From positions 55,801-119,800 of the forward strand of contig CACLQD010000001.1 in NCBI GenBank assembly GCA_902609025.1: a DNA stretch of 64,000 nt, written 5' to 3'. Under the pieces are notes generated by a model. That model had not been told where the DNA came from. It did not search any database and saw nothing but the letters and a program-made list of their open reading frames with translations. Of this stretch, positions 49,147 to 59,613 are shown piece by piece. How positions within the stretch are numbered: the first letter of the stretch is position 1; every line of letters starts with the position of its first letter. A program made the translations under genes and the position numbers. This stretch comes from an uncultured PS1 clade bacterium. GTDB lineage: Bacteria > Pseudomonadota > Alphaproteobacteria > MED-G09.

Positions 49147-50296
49147 TAGATATGTCTAAATTTTCCCATGTAAAACAACCTTTGCTATTTGGTTCTCTTC
49201 CAAAATGTCCATAAGATGAAGTTTCTGAGAAAATTGGATTACTTAAGCCAAGCATATCTATAATTCCTCTTGGTGATAAATCAAATCTATCCCTAATGAA
49301 TTTTTCTACTCTATTTGTATCAACACTATTTTTATCATGTAAATCAACAAAAATTGACAATGGTTCAGATACTCCAATTGCATATGATAATTGAATTGTA
49401 CATCTTTCAGAAATACCTGCATGAACTATATTTTTAGACAAATATCTTGCAGCATATGCAGCCGATCGGTCTACCTTTGTTGGATCTTTTCCAGAAAATG
49501 CTCCTCCTCCATGAGGAGATGCCCCTCCATAAGTATCAACAATAATTTTCCTTCCAGTCAAACCTGTATCCCCAACAGGACCGCCTATAACAAACTTACC
49601 TGTGGGATTAACTAAAAGTTTTGTATCATCTGTATACCATTCGTCTGGTAAAATTTTTTTGCATAATCTACTAATTTCTTCATGTAAATATTCCTGGGTT
49701 GTTTCTTCTGTATGCTGAGAGGAAACAACAATTGAGTCAATATATTTTGGTTTATCATTTTCATAGAAGAGGGTTAATTGAGATTTTGAGTCTGGAAGTA
49801 TCCCAGTAATTATATTGTTTTTCCTTTTGTATGCGAGGTCTTTGAGAATTTTATGAGAAAAGGATAATGTCGCTGGCATTAATTCTTTTGTTTCATTACA
49901 GGCATAACCAAACATAATTCCCTGATCACCTGCACCTTCAGAATTGTCGCCTACAGCATCAACTCCCCTTGCAATATCAGGTGATTGCTCATGAAGTTGA
50001 ATCATAATTTTTACATTTTCGTGATTAAAGTCTCCAAAATTATATCCTATTTCTTTAATTGCATTTCTTGATAAAGATTCAATTTCACTATCAGAAATTT
50101 TATTTGTTGATCTAATTTCTCCAGAAATTACAACTAAATTAGTAGTAACTAGAGTTTCTACTGCTACTCGGGAATTTTTATCTAAAGATAAATATGCATC
50201 TAAAATTGTATCCGATATTCTATCACAAATCTTATCGGGATGACCTTCAGAAACAGACTCAGATGTAAAAAAATAATTCCTTGATTGATCACCCAT
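49121..50296 (-). CDS. metK: S-adenosylmethionine synthetase
   Basis: Motifs GHPDK and GGGAFSGKD. 391 aa. Confidence 0.95.
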   Translation of the reverse strand: MGDQSRNYFFTSESVSEGHPDKICDRISDTILDAYLSLDKNSRVAVETLVTTNLVVISGEIRSTNKISDSEIESLSRNAIKEIGYNFGDFNHENVKIMIQLHEQSPDIARGVDAVGDNSEGAGDQGIMFGYACNETKELMPATLSFSHKILKDLAYKRKNNIITGILPDSKSQLTLFYENDKPKYIDSIVVSSQHTEETTQEYLHEEISRLCKKILPDEWYTDDTKLLVNPTGKFVIGGPVGDTGLTGRKIIVDTYGGASPHGGGAFSGKDPTKVDRSAAYAARYLSKNIVHAGISERCTIQLSYAIGVSEPLSIFVDLHDKNSVDTNRVEKFIRDRFDLSPRGIIDMLGLSNPIFSETSSYGHFGREPNSKGCFTWENLDISSEFKNELL

Positions 50297-51779
50297 ATTT
50301 TTTCTTCTTTTTTAAAAAAATCATTATTAATAAGGTTAATATCAATACACCAAAAAATAAAAAATCACCAACCTTACTATAATATGTTTCAAGAGTTTTT
50401 TTTGGTAAAGGTGAAAAGATTGATCCTTTTTTACCTAATCCAATCTTATCTATTATCCTTCCATAAGGATCAATAATAGCTGAAATACCAGTATTTGCGG
50501 ATCTAAAGACTGGTATGCCTTGCTCAATTGCCCTAAATCTTGATGAATTAAAATGTTGAAATGGTCCCGAGCTATTACCAAACCAAGCATCATTTGTAAT
50601 GTTGATAATAAGATCTAGTTTTTCATTATTTGGATTGATCTCCTCAGGAAAAATTATTTCGTAGCAAATAGCAATTCTAGCATTTCCAACTTTAGTATAA
50701 ATACTATTAATTTCCTTTCCACTATCAAAACCAATGTCACCAGTGATAATTTTCATAAAAGGTAGTTTTGTTAAAATGTCATGAAAAGGCATATATTCAC
50801 CAAAAGGAACTAAATGTACCTTATGATAAATATCCCTAATCTTCTTATCTTGATCAATTAGCAGAGCAGAATTTCTAAACTTATCTTCTTGAAAAGTAAT
50901 ATTGCCAATTAATATCTCGCTTTCCTTTGGCAAATTATCGATTATAAGCTCAATTATTTCTGGGTTATACTGTAAAAGTATTGGTATAGCGCTTTCAGGC
51001 CATATCAAAAACTTTGCATCTTCTTTATTTGATAGATGAATGAGGTTGCTTAATATTTCGTATTCATCTGGATTATCAATCTTATCCTTTTGCAAGACAT
51101 TTGGCTGAACAACGCCAATAAGGCTAGTATCGATAAATTCATTATCTTTAATCCTAATTGATCCATAAAGAAATATTAATGGTAATAAACTTATAAAGAT
51201 TAAAGCTTTAAAATATGCTCTGTCTTTCCAAAAAAATAATATAAATTGTGAAATTATTATTAAGAAAAATGTAGCTAAATATTGTCCAGTTATTGAAAAT
51301 ATTTGCATAAGATTTTCATTTATCGCAAGAGAATGAGAAAAATTATTCCAAGAAAAACCTGTAAAAATATTTCCTCTCAAGAATTCACCAATTGAGATAC
51401 AAGACGCTAAAGATAGTATCTTATTAACCTTTGTATCCCAGAAAATTGCAGGAATAACAAAACTTGGAGATACAAATATTAACATTAATAACGGAAGTCC
51501 AAAAAGAGTTATAAATTTAAATGAAGATAGTTCAGGTCTAAATTCAAATGCAGAAATGATCCATGAAAATCCAAATAGAAAATAGAAGTATAAAAAACCA
51601 CCCAATATTAATAATAATGAAATAAATCTCTGAAGATAACTTTGATCTTTTATTTTGTTATCTAGAATTAGATGAAGAATTGGAAAAATCAAAAAAATAA
51701 GAAAGAAAAAATTCCAAGGCGCTTGTATTAAATTAGAAAGCGCACCTAAAAAAGATGAAATTAAAAATAATTTAAACAT
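50289..51779 (-). CDS. lnt: apolipoprotein N-acyltransferase
   Basis: N-terminal polytopic membrane region plus C-terminal CN-hydrolase domain. 496 aa. Conserved corC-lnt adjacency. Confidence 0.85.
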   Translation of the reverse strand: MFKLFLISSFLGALSNLIQAPWNFFFLIFLIFPILHLILDNKIKDQSYLQRFISLLLILGGFLYFYFLFGFSWIISAFEFRPELSSFKFITLFGLPLLMLIFVSPSFVIPAIFWDTKVNKILSLASCISIGEFLRGNIFTGFSWNNFSHSLAINENLMQIFSITGQYLATFFLIIISQFILFFWKDRAYFKALIFISLLPLIFLYGSIRIKDNEFIDTSLIGVVQPNVLQKDKIDNPDEYEILSNLIHLSNKEDAKFLIWPESAIPILLQYNPEIIELIIDNLPKESEILIGNITFQEDKFRNSALLIDQDKKIRDIYHKVHLVPFGEYMPFHDILTKLPFMKIITGDIGFDSGKEINSIYTKVGNARIAICYEIIFPEEINPNNEKLDLIINITNDAWFGNSSGPFQHFNSSRFRAIEQGIPVFRSANTGISAIIDPYGRIIDKIGLGKKGSIFSPLPKKTLETYYSKVGDFLFFGVLILTLLIMIFLKKKKKYG

Positions 51780-51797
51780 TTTTTAAGATCTTTTTAA

Positions 51798-52628
51798 TTA
51801 TTCTTTATCAACTTTAATTCTTAATCTTACAGTTTTGATTCTTCTAGAATCAGCATCTGTAATCTCAATCTCAAAACCAAGAGGGTGATCAATTAATTCG
51901 CCCCTTTGGGGTACGCGCCCCGCTAAAATAAATACTAAACCACCTATAGTATTAATTTCTTCATCAGTATCTTCAGTATATAAAGAATCCCCAATTATAT
52001 CATTTATCTCTTCAATAGAGGTTCTTGCAGAAGTATCAATATAATTATCATATATCTTAATTCTATCTAGATCCTCTTCAAATAATTCATCCTCAATTTC
52101 ACCAATGATTTCTTCTATCAAATCCTCAATAGTAACCAAACCATCTGTTCCACCATATTCATCAATTACAAGAGCCATGTGAATTCTTGATGTTTGCATA
52201 CTAACAAGTAAATCTCTTGATTTCATTGAAGGTGGCACAAAAAGGATTTCCCTTAAAAACTTTTCTATATCAATTTCATTTATATTATCATCAGAAAAAA
52301 TACCAATGAGATCTTTCATATGCAGCATTCCAATCGGATTATCTAATGTTTCTTTATAAATAGGTATTCTTGAGTGGTTAGAGTCAGAGAAAGTCTTTAA
52401 TATTTCTTTAATATTGATATTAATTTCCAACCCCACAATGTCAGCTCTTGGAACCATACAATCTTCAACTCTAGATTCTCCAAAACCTATAACATTATTA
52501 AGCATATCTTTTTCTGCAGGAGTCAATTCTCTAGGAGAATTGTCTGAGGTTTCTATAATATTGTTTAAATCCTTGGATTTTTCTTTATTAATTGAACCAA
52601 ATAATTTTATTTTACTAAATATACTCAT
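51798..52628 (-). CDS. corC: CBS-pair / CorC_HlyC-domain protein (CorC/YbeX-like Mg/Co efflux accessory protein)
   Basis: Two CBS domains followed by a transporter-associated CorC_HlyC domain. 276 aa. Confidence 0.8.
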   Translation of the reverse strand: MSIFSKIKLFGSINKEKSKDLNNIIETSDNSPRELTPAEKDMLNNVIGFGESRVEDCMVPRADIVGLEININIKEILKTFSDSNHSRIPIYKETLDNPIGMLHMKDLIGIFSDDNINEIDIEKFLREILFVPPSMKSRDLLVSMQTSRIHMALVIDEYGGTDGLVTIEDLIEEIIGEIEDELFEEDLDRIKIYDNYIDTSARTSIEEINDIIGDSLYTEDTDEEINTIGGLVFILAGRVPQRGELIDHPLGFEIEITDADSRRIKTVRLRIKVDKE

Positions 52629-53105
52629 TTAAATTCTATCACCATAAGGATTGGAAATATCTATCATATTTAATAATTCAACCTCTTTATTTTCCATAAT
52701 AGTTGAATCTTCTTTACTATCATGGGTAAAATTTAACAAATGCAAAAAGCCATGTATCACAATATGAGCCAAATGGTCGTTAAAGGTTTTGTTTTGATCC
52801 TTAGCCTCACTTAAAATTTTTTCTTTAGATATCACTATATCTCCAATCATTCTTAATTCATTAACAATTGTATCACTTGTAATAGAAAACGATAAAACAT
52901 TTGTTGGCTTATCAATTTTTCTATATTTTTTATTGAGTTCTCTTATCTCTTCATCGTTCGTAAGTAATACACTAACCTCATGATTTAATTCATTGCCATT
53001 AAGCATCTTTTCAAATGTATGCTCTAAGACTTCACTTACAAAAGAAACTTCGTGCTCGGTCCATTCTTTAGTTTTCTTTATAAATATCGATCGCGATTTA
53101 TTCAT
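52629..53105 (-). CDS. ybeY: rRNA maturation endoribonuclease YbeY
   Basis: Metal-binding motif HGFLHLLNFTHD (HxxxHxxxxxH). 158 aa. Confidence 0.9.
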   Translation of the reverse strand: MNKSRSIFIKKTKEWTEHEVSFVSEVLEHTFEKMLNGNELNHEVSVLLTNDEEIRELNKKYRKIDKPTNVLSFSITSDTIVNELRMIGDIVISKEKILSEAKDQNKTFNDHLAHIVIHGFLHLLNFTHDSKEDSTIMENKEVELLNMIDISNPYGDRI

Positions 53106-53107
53106 TT

Positions 53108-54061
53108 TTATTTTTTGAGTTTGGAGTAAGCCTTAACGATTTTATCAACTAGACGATGTCTAACAATATCTTTCGATTGAAAGTTTATAATTTCAATACC
53201 TTCTTCTTTTGGTAATAATTTTAAAATCTGATTTAATCCTGATGAGTTTCCAGTTGGTAAATCAATTTGTGTGACATCGCCTAGAATTACCATTTTTGAA
53301 TTACGCCCCAATCTTGTAACAAACATCTTCATTTGCATATTTGTAGTATTCTGTGCCTCATCTAAAATTATAAAAGCATTTTCTAGCGTTCTACCCCTCA
53401 TAAAAGCTAAAGGAGCTATTTCAATTATCCCTGACTCAATATTGTTTTCTAATATTTTTTTTGGCATCAAATCATTAAGAGCATCATATAAAGGTCTCAA
53501 ATATGGATCAATTTTTTCTTTCAAATCACCAGGTAAAAAACCTAATCTTTCTCCAGCTTCAACTGCTGGTCGTGAAAGTATTATTCTTGAAATCTGATTG
53601 TTAAGCAAACTTTGCACAGCTGCAGCTACTGCTAAATAAGTTTTTCCAGTTCCTGCTGGGCCTACTCCAAAAACTAAGTCATTTTTATTTATAGAATTAA
53701 CGAATTTTTCTTGATTTTTAGATCTAGCATAGATTTTTTTATTTTTAGTTTTAATTAAGAATTGATCTTTTTCAATCTTTTTACTTTTTAAAAATACATC
53801 TATGTCTTTTATTCCTAATTGAATTCCATTATCTAATTCATTGTAAAGTTGCATTATCTTATCAGCAGCCATCAAACTCGATTCGTCATCTCCCGAAATT
53901 TCTAAAATGTTACCTCTATAAGAAATTGAAACTCCATAATAATTTTCAAATTTCGCAAGATTTTGATCATGATTACCATATAATTCTGGCAAAAAAGAAT
54001 TATTCTCAAATTCTACAGTGTGTTTTTTATTAATTTTATTTATTCGTTTTCTCTTTTGCAT
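53108..54061 (-). CDS. ybeZ: PhoH-like ATPase (YbeZ)
   Basis: Walker A GPAGTGKT. 317 aa. miaB-ybeZ-ybeY-corC-lnt synteny. Confidence 0.85.
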   Translation of the reverse strand: MQKRKRINKINKKHTVEFENNSFLPELYGNHDQNLAKFENYYGVSISYRGNILEISGDDESSLMAADKIMQLYNELDNGIQLGIKDIDVFLKSKKIEKDQFLIKTKNKKIYARSKNQEKFVNSINKNDLVFGVGPAGTGKTYLAVAAAVQSLLNNQISRIILSRPAVEAGERLGFLPGDLKEKIDPYLRPLYDALNDLMPKKILENNIESGIIEIAPLAFMRGRTLENAFIILDEAQNTTNMQMKMFVTRLGRNSKMVILGDVTQIDLPTGNSSGLNQILKLLPKEEGIEIINFQSKDIVRHRLVDKIVKAYSKLKK

Positions 54062-55405
54062 TTACTGTAATATTTCACCCGACAAACTATTTTCGTTAAC
54101 CTTAGTAATTTTTATCTCAACGATATTACCAATACATGAATTATCTGATTGAAAATGGACAGATTGTAAATATGGCGATCTTCCAGAGAAATAATTTGTT
54201 GATGTTTCTTTTTCAACTAATATAGGGAGATTTTTATTCAAAAATTTCTTATTAAAATTGTACATACTTTTTTTTATTTCTTCATGTAACCTTAATAATC
54301 TCTCTGACTTTATCTTTTCTTCAATTTGATCTTTCATTTGACCTGCAGGTGTACCTGGTCTTGGCGAATATTTAAAGCTATACGCATGCGCATATCCTAT
54401 TTTCGATATTATTTCTTGTGTCTTAAGAAAATCTTCTTCAGTTTCCCCAGGAAATCCAACAATAAAGTCTCCAGAAATAGCAATATCAGGTCTTACAGAT
54501 TTAAGTTCATTAATAATATCAATATATTCAGATGAAGAGTAATTTCTATTCATATTCTTTAATACTTCATTAGATCCAGACTGAATTGGCAAATGAAGGT
54601 AAGGCTGAAGTTTATTAATATCTTTATAGCTAGTAATTAATTTTTCATTCATATCATTAGGATGGCTAGTGGTAAATCTAATCCTTTTAATATCTAAAAG
54701 AGATAACTCATAAATTAAATCTGCAAAATCCATTTTATCGTAACTGTTAGTCCATGCATTAACATTTTGACCCAACAAGATAATTTCTTTAACGCCAGAA
54801 TCAATCAATTCGAGAGCTTCATTTTTAATTTCTGAGTATGGCCTTGAAGTCTCAACTCCTCTAGTATATGGAACAACACAAAAGGTGCAGAACTTATCGC
54901 AACCCTCTTGAACAGATAAAAATGAACTGACATTTCTATTAGCTTTCAATCTTTTTGGTAGTTTTTCAAATTTATCGTTATCAGGAGGCTCAATATCAAT
55001 AATAGCTTTTTTCTTTTTTGACTTATCATTTTCAAAAGATTTTAAAATTTCAGGTAGGTGATGATATGTTAAAGGGCCGAAAACTAAGTCTATAATTGGA
55101 GCTCTTTTAACTAATTCTTTGCCTTCAGCTTGAGCAACACAACCTGCAACAGCTATTGTTGTTTTTCTTTCTTTACCTGCTAGGCTTTTTTTTATTCTTC
55201 CTAGTTCAGAATAGATTTTTTCTGTTGCCTTTTCTCTAATATGACAAGTATTTAAAATCACCAGATCTGCATCTTCAACTGAGTTAACAGACCCATAATT
55301 ATAAGGACTCATCATTTCCTGCATTCGATCACCATCATAGACATTCATTTGGCAACCAAAGTTTTTAATGTATAAACCCTTGTGGGTATTTTTATTTGAA
55401 TTCAT
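54062..55405 (-). CDS. miaB: tRNA-2-methylthio-N6-dimethylallyladenosine synthase
   Basis: Radical-SAM CDKFCTFC motif, N-terminal MTTase domain, C-terminal TRAM domain. 447 aa. Confidence 0.9.
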   Translation of the reverse strand: MNSNKNTHKGLYIKNFGCQMNVYDGDRMQEMMSPYNYGSVNSVEDADLVILNTCHIREKATEKIYSELGRIKKSLAGKERKTTIAVAGCVAQAEGKELVKRAPIIDLVFGPLTYHHLPEILKSFENDKSKKKKAIIDIEPPDNDKFEKLPKRLKANRNVSSFLSVQEGCDKFCTFCVVPYTRGVETSRPYSEIKNEALELIDSGVKEIILLGQNVNAWTNSYDKMDFADLIYELSLLDIKRIRFTTSHPNDMNEKLITSYKDINKLQPYLHLPIQSGSNEVLKNMNRNYSSSEYIDIINELKSVRPDIAISGDFIVGFPGETEEDFLKTQEIISKIGYAHAYSFKYSPRPGTPAGQMKDQIEEKIKSERLLRLHEEIKKSMYNFNKKFLNKNLPILVEKETSTNYFSGRSPYLQSVHFQSDNSCIGNIVEIKITKVNENSLSGEILQ

Positions 55406-55417
55406 TATGTGATTTCT

Positions 55418-55822
55418 TTATTGCTTTTTTCTTCCGTATAGCTCAAGTCTATGATCAACCAACTCAAAACCTAATTCTTCTGCAATCTTTTTCTGTAGCA
55501 TTTCTATTTCTTGATTTTGGAATTCAATAATTGTTCCATTTTCAATATCAATCAAGTGATCATGATGGTCTTTTTCTTGAAAATTCTCATAACGAGATCT
55601 CCCATCACCAAATTCATGCTTAATTAAAATACCAGACTCTTCAAAAAGTCGAACAGTTCTATAAACCGTTGCTACAGAAATATTATTATCAATAGCAATT
55701 GCTCTCTTATGTAATTCCTCAACATCAGGATGATCATTTGAACCATCAAGAACCTTAGCAATAACTCTTCTTTGCTCTGTAAGTCTTAAGCCTTTATTCT
55801 CGCACAATTCTTCTATACTCAT
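55418..55822 (-). CDS. fur: ferric uptake regulator (Fur/Mur-type)
   Basis: 134-aa Fur-family protein with HHDH metal-site motif. Conserved alphaproteobacterial tsaB-rimI-fur arrangement. Confidence 0.75.
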   Translation of the reverse strand: MSIEELCENKGLRLTEQRRVIAKVLDGSNDHPDVEELHKRAIAIDNNISVATVYRTVRLFEESGILIKHEFGDGRSRYENFQEKDHHDHLIDIENGTIIEFQNQEIEMLQKKIAEELGFELVDHRLELYGRKKQ

Positions 55823-55852
55823 TTTCTTTTATCCTTAATCCAAATATAAGCA

Positions 55853-56317
55853 CTAAATATATGTTTTTTGCAATAATAACCCATCTTGATATGAATTATT
55901 AATCTTATAATAATTTTTTATATTTTTTATGTAAACAAATCCTATTTTTTTATAGAAATTTATAGCTAAATTATTGTTTTCATTTACTTCTAGGAAACAT
56001 TTACAAATTTTATTATCTGCAAAATATAATTCAACTTTCTTAAATAAAAGCAAACCAAATCCTTTATTCCTATATTTACTTTCTATTTCAAGAGATAAAA
56101 TTTCTGCTTCATCAGCTAAATTTCGAAAAAAACAATATCCTATTGGTTTTTTACTTAAATAAAAAATTAATCCGTGTCCTCCTCCTTTTTTCAAGAGATG
56201 ACCGATTTCATCTTCATTCCAATTTCTGGTATATATATCTTGTTGAAGATCTTTTATTAACTTGTAATTAGAAAAATCTAGAATCTTAAAATCTAATTTA
56301 TCTTTTTCATATACCAT
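55853..56317 (-). CDS. rimI: GNAT-family N-acetyltransferase, likely ribosomal-protein-alanine acetyltransferase
   Basis: GNAT acetyl-CoA motif (RNKGFGLLLF). Overlaps tsaB by 25 nt, as is typical for tsaB-rimI. Confidence 0.7.
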   Translation of the reverse strand: MVYEKDKLDFKILDFSNYKLIKDLQQDIYTRNWNEDEIGHLLKKGGGHGLIFYLSKKPIGYCFFRNLADEAEILSLEIESKYRNKGFGLLLFKKVELYFADNKICKCFLEVNENNNLAINFYKKIGFVYIKNIKNYYKINNSYQDGLLLQKTYI

Positions 56318-56970
56318 GATGATTTAACTTTCTCAGCGGCAGGTTCTGAAAAATAATTTATATCCTTTAATTTACTGAGTTTTAGTTTTTTCTTTTTCAA
56401 ACTTAAAATAAGATCAAGCGTCATATCTTTAAAACTTCTTTCTATTAAATAAAAATTCTCTAAATGAGTAATTCCTTTTTGTAAGGTATTTATGACAGCA
56501 AAATATTTCTCTGACGGAAATTTTTTTTTCAAATCATTTTTTGTAATCTTTAAAATACTGGTAATTTTATTACCATTACTATCAAAGGCCTGAACAAAAA
56601 GTTCATCAGCTCTTGAAGGCATAATGCTGATAAATTTTTTGTCACTAGGTATTTCTTTATTAGCAAAAATTGATAGTAATTCTAACGAGGATAGTGAATA
56701 AAGAGGCAGTGAAATCCCTTTTGCAAAACCAAGAGCAAAAGACACCCCAACCCTTATACTTGTAAAGTTACCAGGTCCATTTGTGACAATAATATTATTT
56801 ATATCTTTCAGTCTAACTTCTGATTTGTCTAATGCATCAAATACAACTTCTGTAATAGTTTCTGACTGCAATTTATTTGAATCATTAAAGGAATAATAAC
56901 AATGCATGTCATTATCTACAATTGATGCAGAACATGATTCATATGTTGTATCAATTATTAAAGTATTCAT
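56293..56970 (-). CDS. tsaB: tRNA threonylcarbamoyladenosine biosynthesis protein TsaB (YeaZ)
   Basis: Inactive Kae1/TsaD-like fold. 225 aa. N-terminus LIIDTTYESCSASIV. Confidence 0.8.
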   Translation of the reverse strand: MNTLIIDTTYESCSASIVDNDMHCYYSFNDSNKLQSETITEVVFDALDKSEVRLKDINNIIVTNGPGNFTSIRVGVSFALGFAKGISLPLYSLSSLELLSIFANKEIPSDKKFISIMPSRADELFVQAFDSNGNKITSILKITKNDLKKKFPSEKYFAVINTLQKGITHLENFYLIERSFKDMTLDLILSLKKKKLKLSKLKDINYFSEPAAEKVKSSWYMKKIN

Positions 56971-57545
56971 TATAGGATTTTACAAATCTCATCGAAATCA
57001 AACCTAGGTGACCTTTGAAATAATTTTGAATGATCTCCATAACCAAGGTTACAAATAAAATTTGATTTAAATTCAGTATCTGTAAAAAATTCTTTATCTA
57101 GTCCTTCATTATCAAAACCTGACATCGGCCCACAATCTAAGCCTAAAGAACGGGCTGCAATTATAAAATAAGCACCTTGTAATGAGCTATTCCTGAAAGC
57201 TGTCATTTCAGCAAATTCCTCCGACCATGAAAACCAATCTTTGGCTTCAGGATTGTGAGGGAAAAGTTTTGGTATATGATTGTAGAATTTTTTATCATAA
57301 GCAATTATTGCAGTAATCGGCGCAGAGATAGTTTTTTCAACATTTGACTCAATGACATGTTTAATTAGTTTTTCTTTTGCTTCATTTGTTTTAATAAATA
57401 CTATTCTAGCTGGAGAACAGTTGGCGCTTGTTGGACCCCATTTCATAATATCATATAATTCATGAAGTAAATTTTCGGGTACTTCTTTAGAAGTCCAATC
57501 ATTATGGGACCTACCATGTGTAAAAATGTCTTCAATTTTACTCAT
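56970..57545 (-). CDS. nitroreductase-family protein (YdjA/RutE-like NAD(P)H-flavin oxidoreductase)
   Basis: 191-aa nitroreductase fold with conserved RxSxxxW..P region. Confidence 0.7.
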   Translation of the reverse strand: MSKIEDIFTHGRSHNDWTSKEVPENLLHELYDIMKWGPTSANCSPARIVFIKTNEAKEKLIKHVIESNVEKTISAPITAIIAYDKKFYNHIPKLFPHNPEAKDWFSWSEEFAEMTAFRNSSLQGAYFIIAARSLGLDCGPMSGFDNEGLDKEFFTDTEFKSNFICNLGYGDHSKLFQRSPRFDFDEICKIL

Positions 57546-58098
57546 TTTGAAGAGGTACTACACTTTCTACTTCAGGCACATAATGCTTTAATAAATTCTC
57601 TACACCGTTTTTTAATGTCATAGTTGAAGCAGGACATCCATCACAAGATCCTCTCATACTAATATATACAACACCATCCTCAAATTTATTAAAAATAATA
57701 TCACCGCCATCCCTAGCTACAGCGGGGCGAACCTTTTCTTCTATTATTTGATTAATTTTAATTGAGGTGTCATCATTTAATTCTTTAATTTCTTCTGTGT
57801 GATTTACATTTTCATCATTTATAAAAGGTAAGCCAGAGACATAATGATTAGAAATACAGCTTAATACTTCTGTCTTAGTATTTTCCCAGCTTTTATCTTT
57901 TAATGTTACTGTAATAAAGTCAGATGCTAGATATACACCACAAACTCCATCAATTCCAAAAAGAGCAGTTGCAATAGGCGAAACTTTGGCTGCATTAAGG
58001 TCTTTATAATAAACTGATGGTATTTCTCCTAATACCGATTCTCCGGGCATAAATTTTAAAGTTTCCGGATTTGGTGTTTCTTCAGTCTGTATAAACAT
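57538..58098 (-). CDS. nfuA: NifU-family Fe-S cluster carrier (Nfu N-terminal domain + NifU C-terminal CxxC domain)
   Basis: Nfu N-terminal domain MFIQTEETPNPETLKF. C-terminal GSCDGCPAS motif. Confidence 0.75.
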   Translation of the reverse strand: MFIQTEETPNPETLKFMPGESVLGEIPSVYYKDLNAAKVSPIATALFGIDGVCGVYLASDFITVTLKDKSWENTKTEVLSCISNHYVSGLPFINDENVNHTEEIKELNDDTSIKINQIIEEKVRPAVARDGGDIIFNKFEDGVVYISMRGSCDGCPASTMTLKNGVENLLKHYVPEVESVVPLQNE

Positions 58099-58109
58099 TT
58101 TTTACCTAT

Positions 58110-58583
58110 CTATTTAATTCCAACTAATTCATCAATACTATCATTACTTATATCACCTGGTATTACAACAACTGGAATAGAAAATCCAGACTTTGATATA
58201 AATTCAACTAGTTCTCCTGGTGAATCACCTTTGTTATTCGAAGCGATTACCAAGTAACCAATATCGGTTTTATCCCTAATTATATTATTTACAATATTAA
58301 TTTTTGAACCGTGTAAAATCTCATAAGATATATTTACTTTTGAAAATCCAGATATATTTTCCTGAAGCTGCTCAATAAGTATTTTAGTATTTTCTTCTGC
58401 TTCTTCTAGTATTTTTCTCTCTACACCAAGCCAATGAGTTTCCTTTTGGTTATCAATAGCAACAATTACAACTAATTCTTTTTCAGCGAGCTCTGATCTT
58501 CTAGCGGCATATCGAACAGCAGATTCACATTCAGGTGTACCGTCTATAACCACTAAAAAATTACCAGACAATTTCTTCTCCAA
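58110..58583 (-). CDS. hypothetical protein, universal-stress-protein-like alpha/beta fold without a recognisable ATP motif
   Basis: 157-aa product. UspA-like secondary-structure pattern inferred from sequence only. Weak call. Confidence 0.35.
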   Translation of the reverse strand: MEKKLSGNFLVVIDGTPECESAVRYAARRSELAEKELVVIVAIDNQKETHWLGVERKILEEAEENTKILIEQLQENISGFSKVNISYEILHGSKINIVNNIIRDKTDIGYLVIASNNKGDSPGELVEFISKSGFSIPVVVIPGDISNDSIDELVGIK

Positions 58584-58586
58584 TAA

Positions 58587-59606
58587 TCACCCTAAGCCAA
58601 CAATAGATTTTACTTCATTAATTATAGGATCAGATTTTTCTTTGGCTTTAAGCATTCCATCATGCAGTATTTTTTTTAAATATGTCTTATCATTTTTTAA
58701 TTCTTTGAATCTAAATCTTATTGGTTCCATCTCGTTTATTACAACATCGCAAAGATCACTCTTGAACTCTGATAATTTTTTTCCTTCAAATTTATTAATA
58801 ACTTCTTCAATCTTTTCACCTGAGAAAGCACTATATATATTAATTAAGTTATTTATCTCAGGTCTTTCATTTAACTCTTTAATGGCTGATGGCATAGGAA
58901 GTGGATCAGTTTTAGCTTTAGCAATTTTTTTAACAATAAGATCATTCTCATCAGAAAATTCAATTCTTGTCATTTCAGAACTGTCTGATTTCGACATCTT
59001 CTTTTCACCATCACGTAATGACATAACTCTTGAAGCTACTGGCAAAATCATTGGTTCAGGTAAAGGAAAAAATTCATTTTCATTAACCCTTCCAAAATCG
59101 TTATTAAATTTTTGAGCGATATCTCTAGTAATCTCTAAGTGTTGTTTCTGATCATCTCCCACAGGAACTAAATTTGCATGGTACAAAAGAATATCTGAAG
59201 CCATTAAATTTGGATAAACATATAAACCGACAGAAACTTTCTCTCTATTTTTTCCAGCTTTCTCTTTAAATTGAGTCATTCTATTAAGCCAACCAATTCT
59301 AGAAACACAGTTTAATATCCATGCTAATTCTGCATGAGCTGGAATTTGAGATTGAACAAAAATTGTTGCCTTATCTGGATCGATACCAGAAGCTATATAA
59401 GCCGCAGCCACTTCAATAATATTCTCACCTAGAATTTCAGGATCCTGCCAAACTGTTATTGCGTGAAGATCAACAATGCAAAAGATTGAATCAAATTTAT
59501 TTTGTACTTCTACAAAATTTTTAATAGCACCAAGATAATTACCAATATGTAGAGATCCTGAGGGCTGAACCCCAGAAAATACTCTTTCTTTAATTTCATT
59601 TGTCAT
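58587..59606 (-). CDS. trpS: tryptophan--tRNA ligase
   Basis: Class I HIGH motif (SGSLHIGNY) and KMSKS. 339 aa. Confidence 0.95.
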   Translation of the reverse strand: MTNEIKERVFSGVQPSGSLHIGNYLGAIKNFVEVQNKFDSIFCIVDLHAITVWQDPEILGENIIEVAAAYIASGIDPDKATIFVQSQIPAHAELAWILNCVSRIGWLNRMTQFKEKAGKNREKVSVGLYVYPNLMASDILLYHANLVPVGDDQKQHLEITRDIAQKFNNDFGRVNENEFFPLPEPMILPVASRVMSLRDGEKKMSKSDSSEMTRIEFSDENDLIVKKIAKAKTDPLPMPSAIKELNERPEINNLINIYSAFSGEKIEEVINKFEGKKLSEFKSDLCDVVINEMEPIRFRFKELKNDKTYLKKILHDGMLKAKEKSDPIINEVKSIVGLG

Positions 59607-59613
59607 TTGATAA

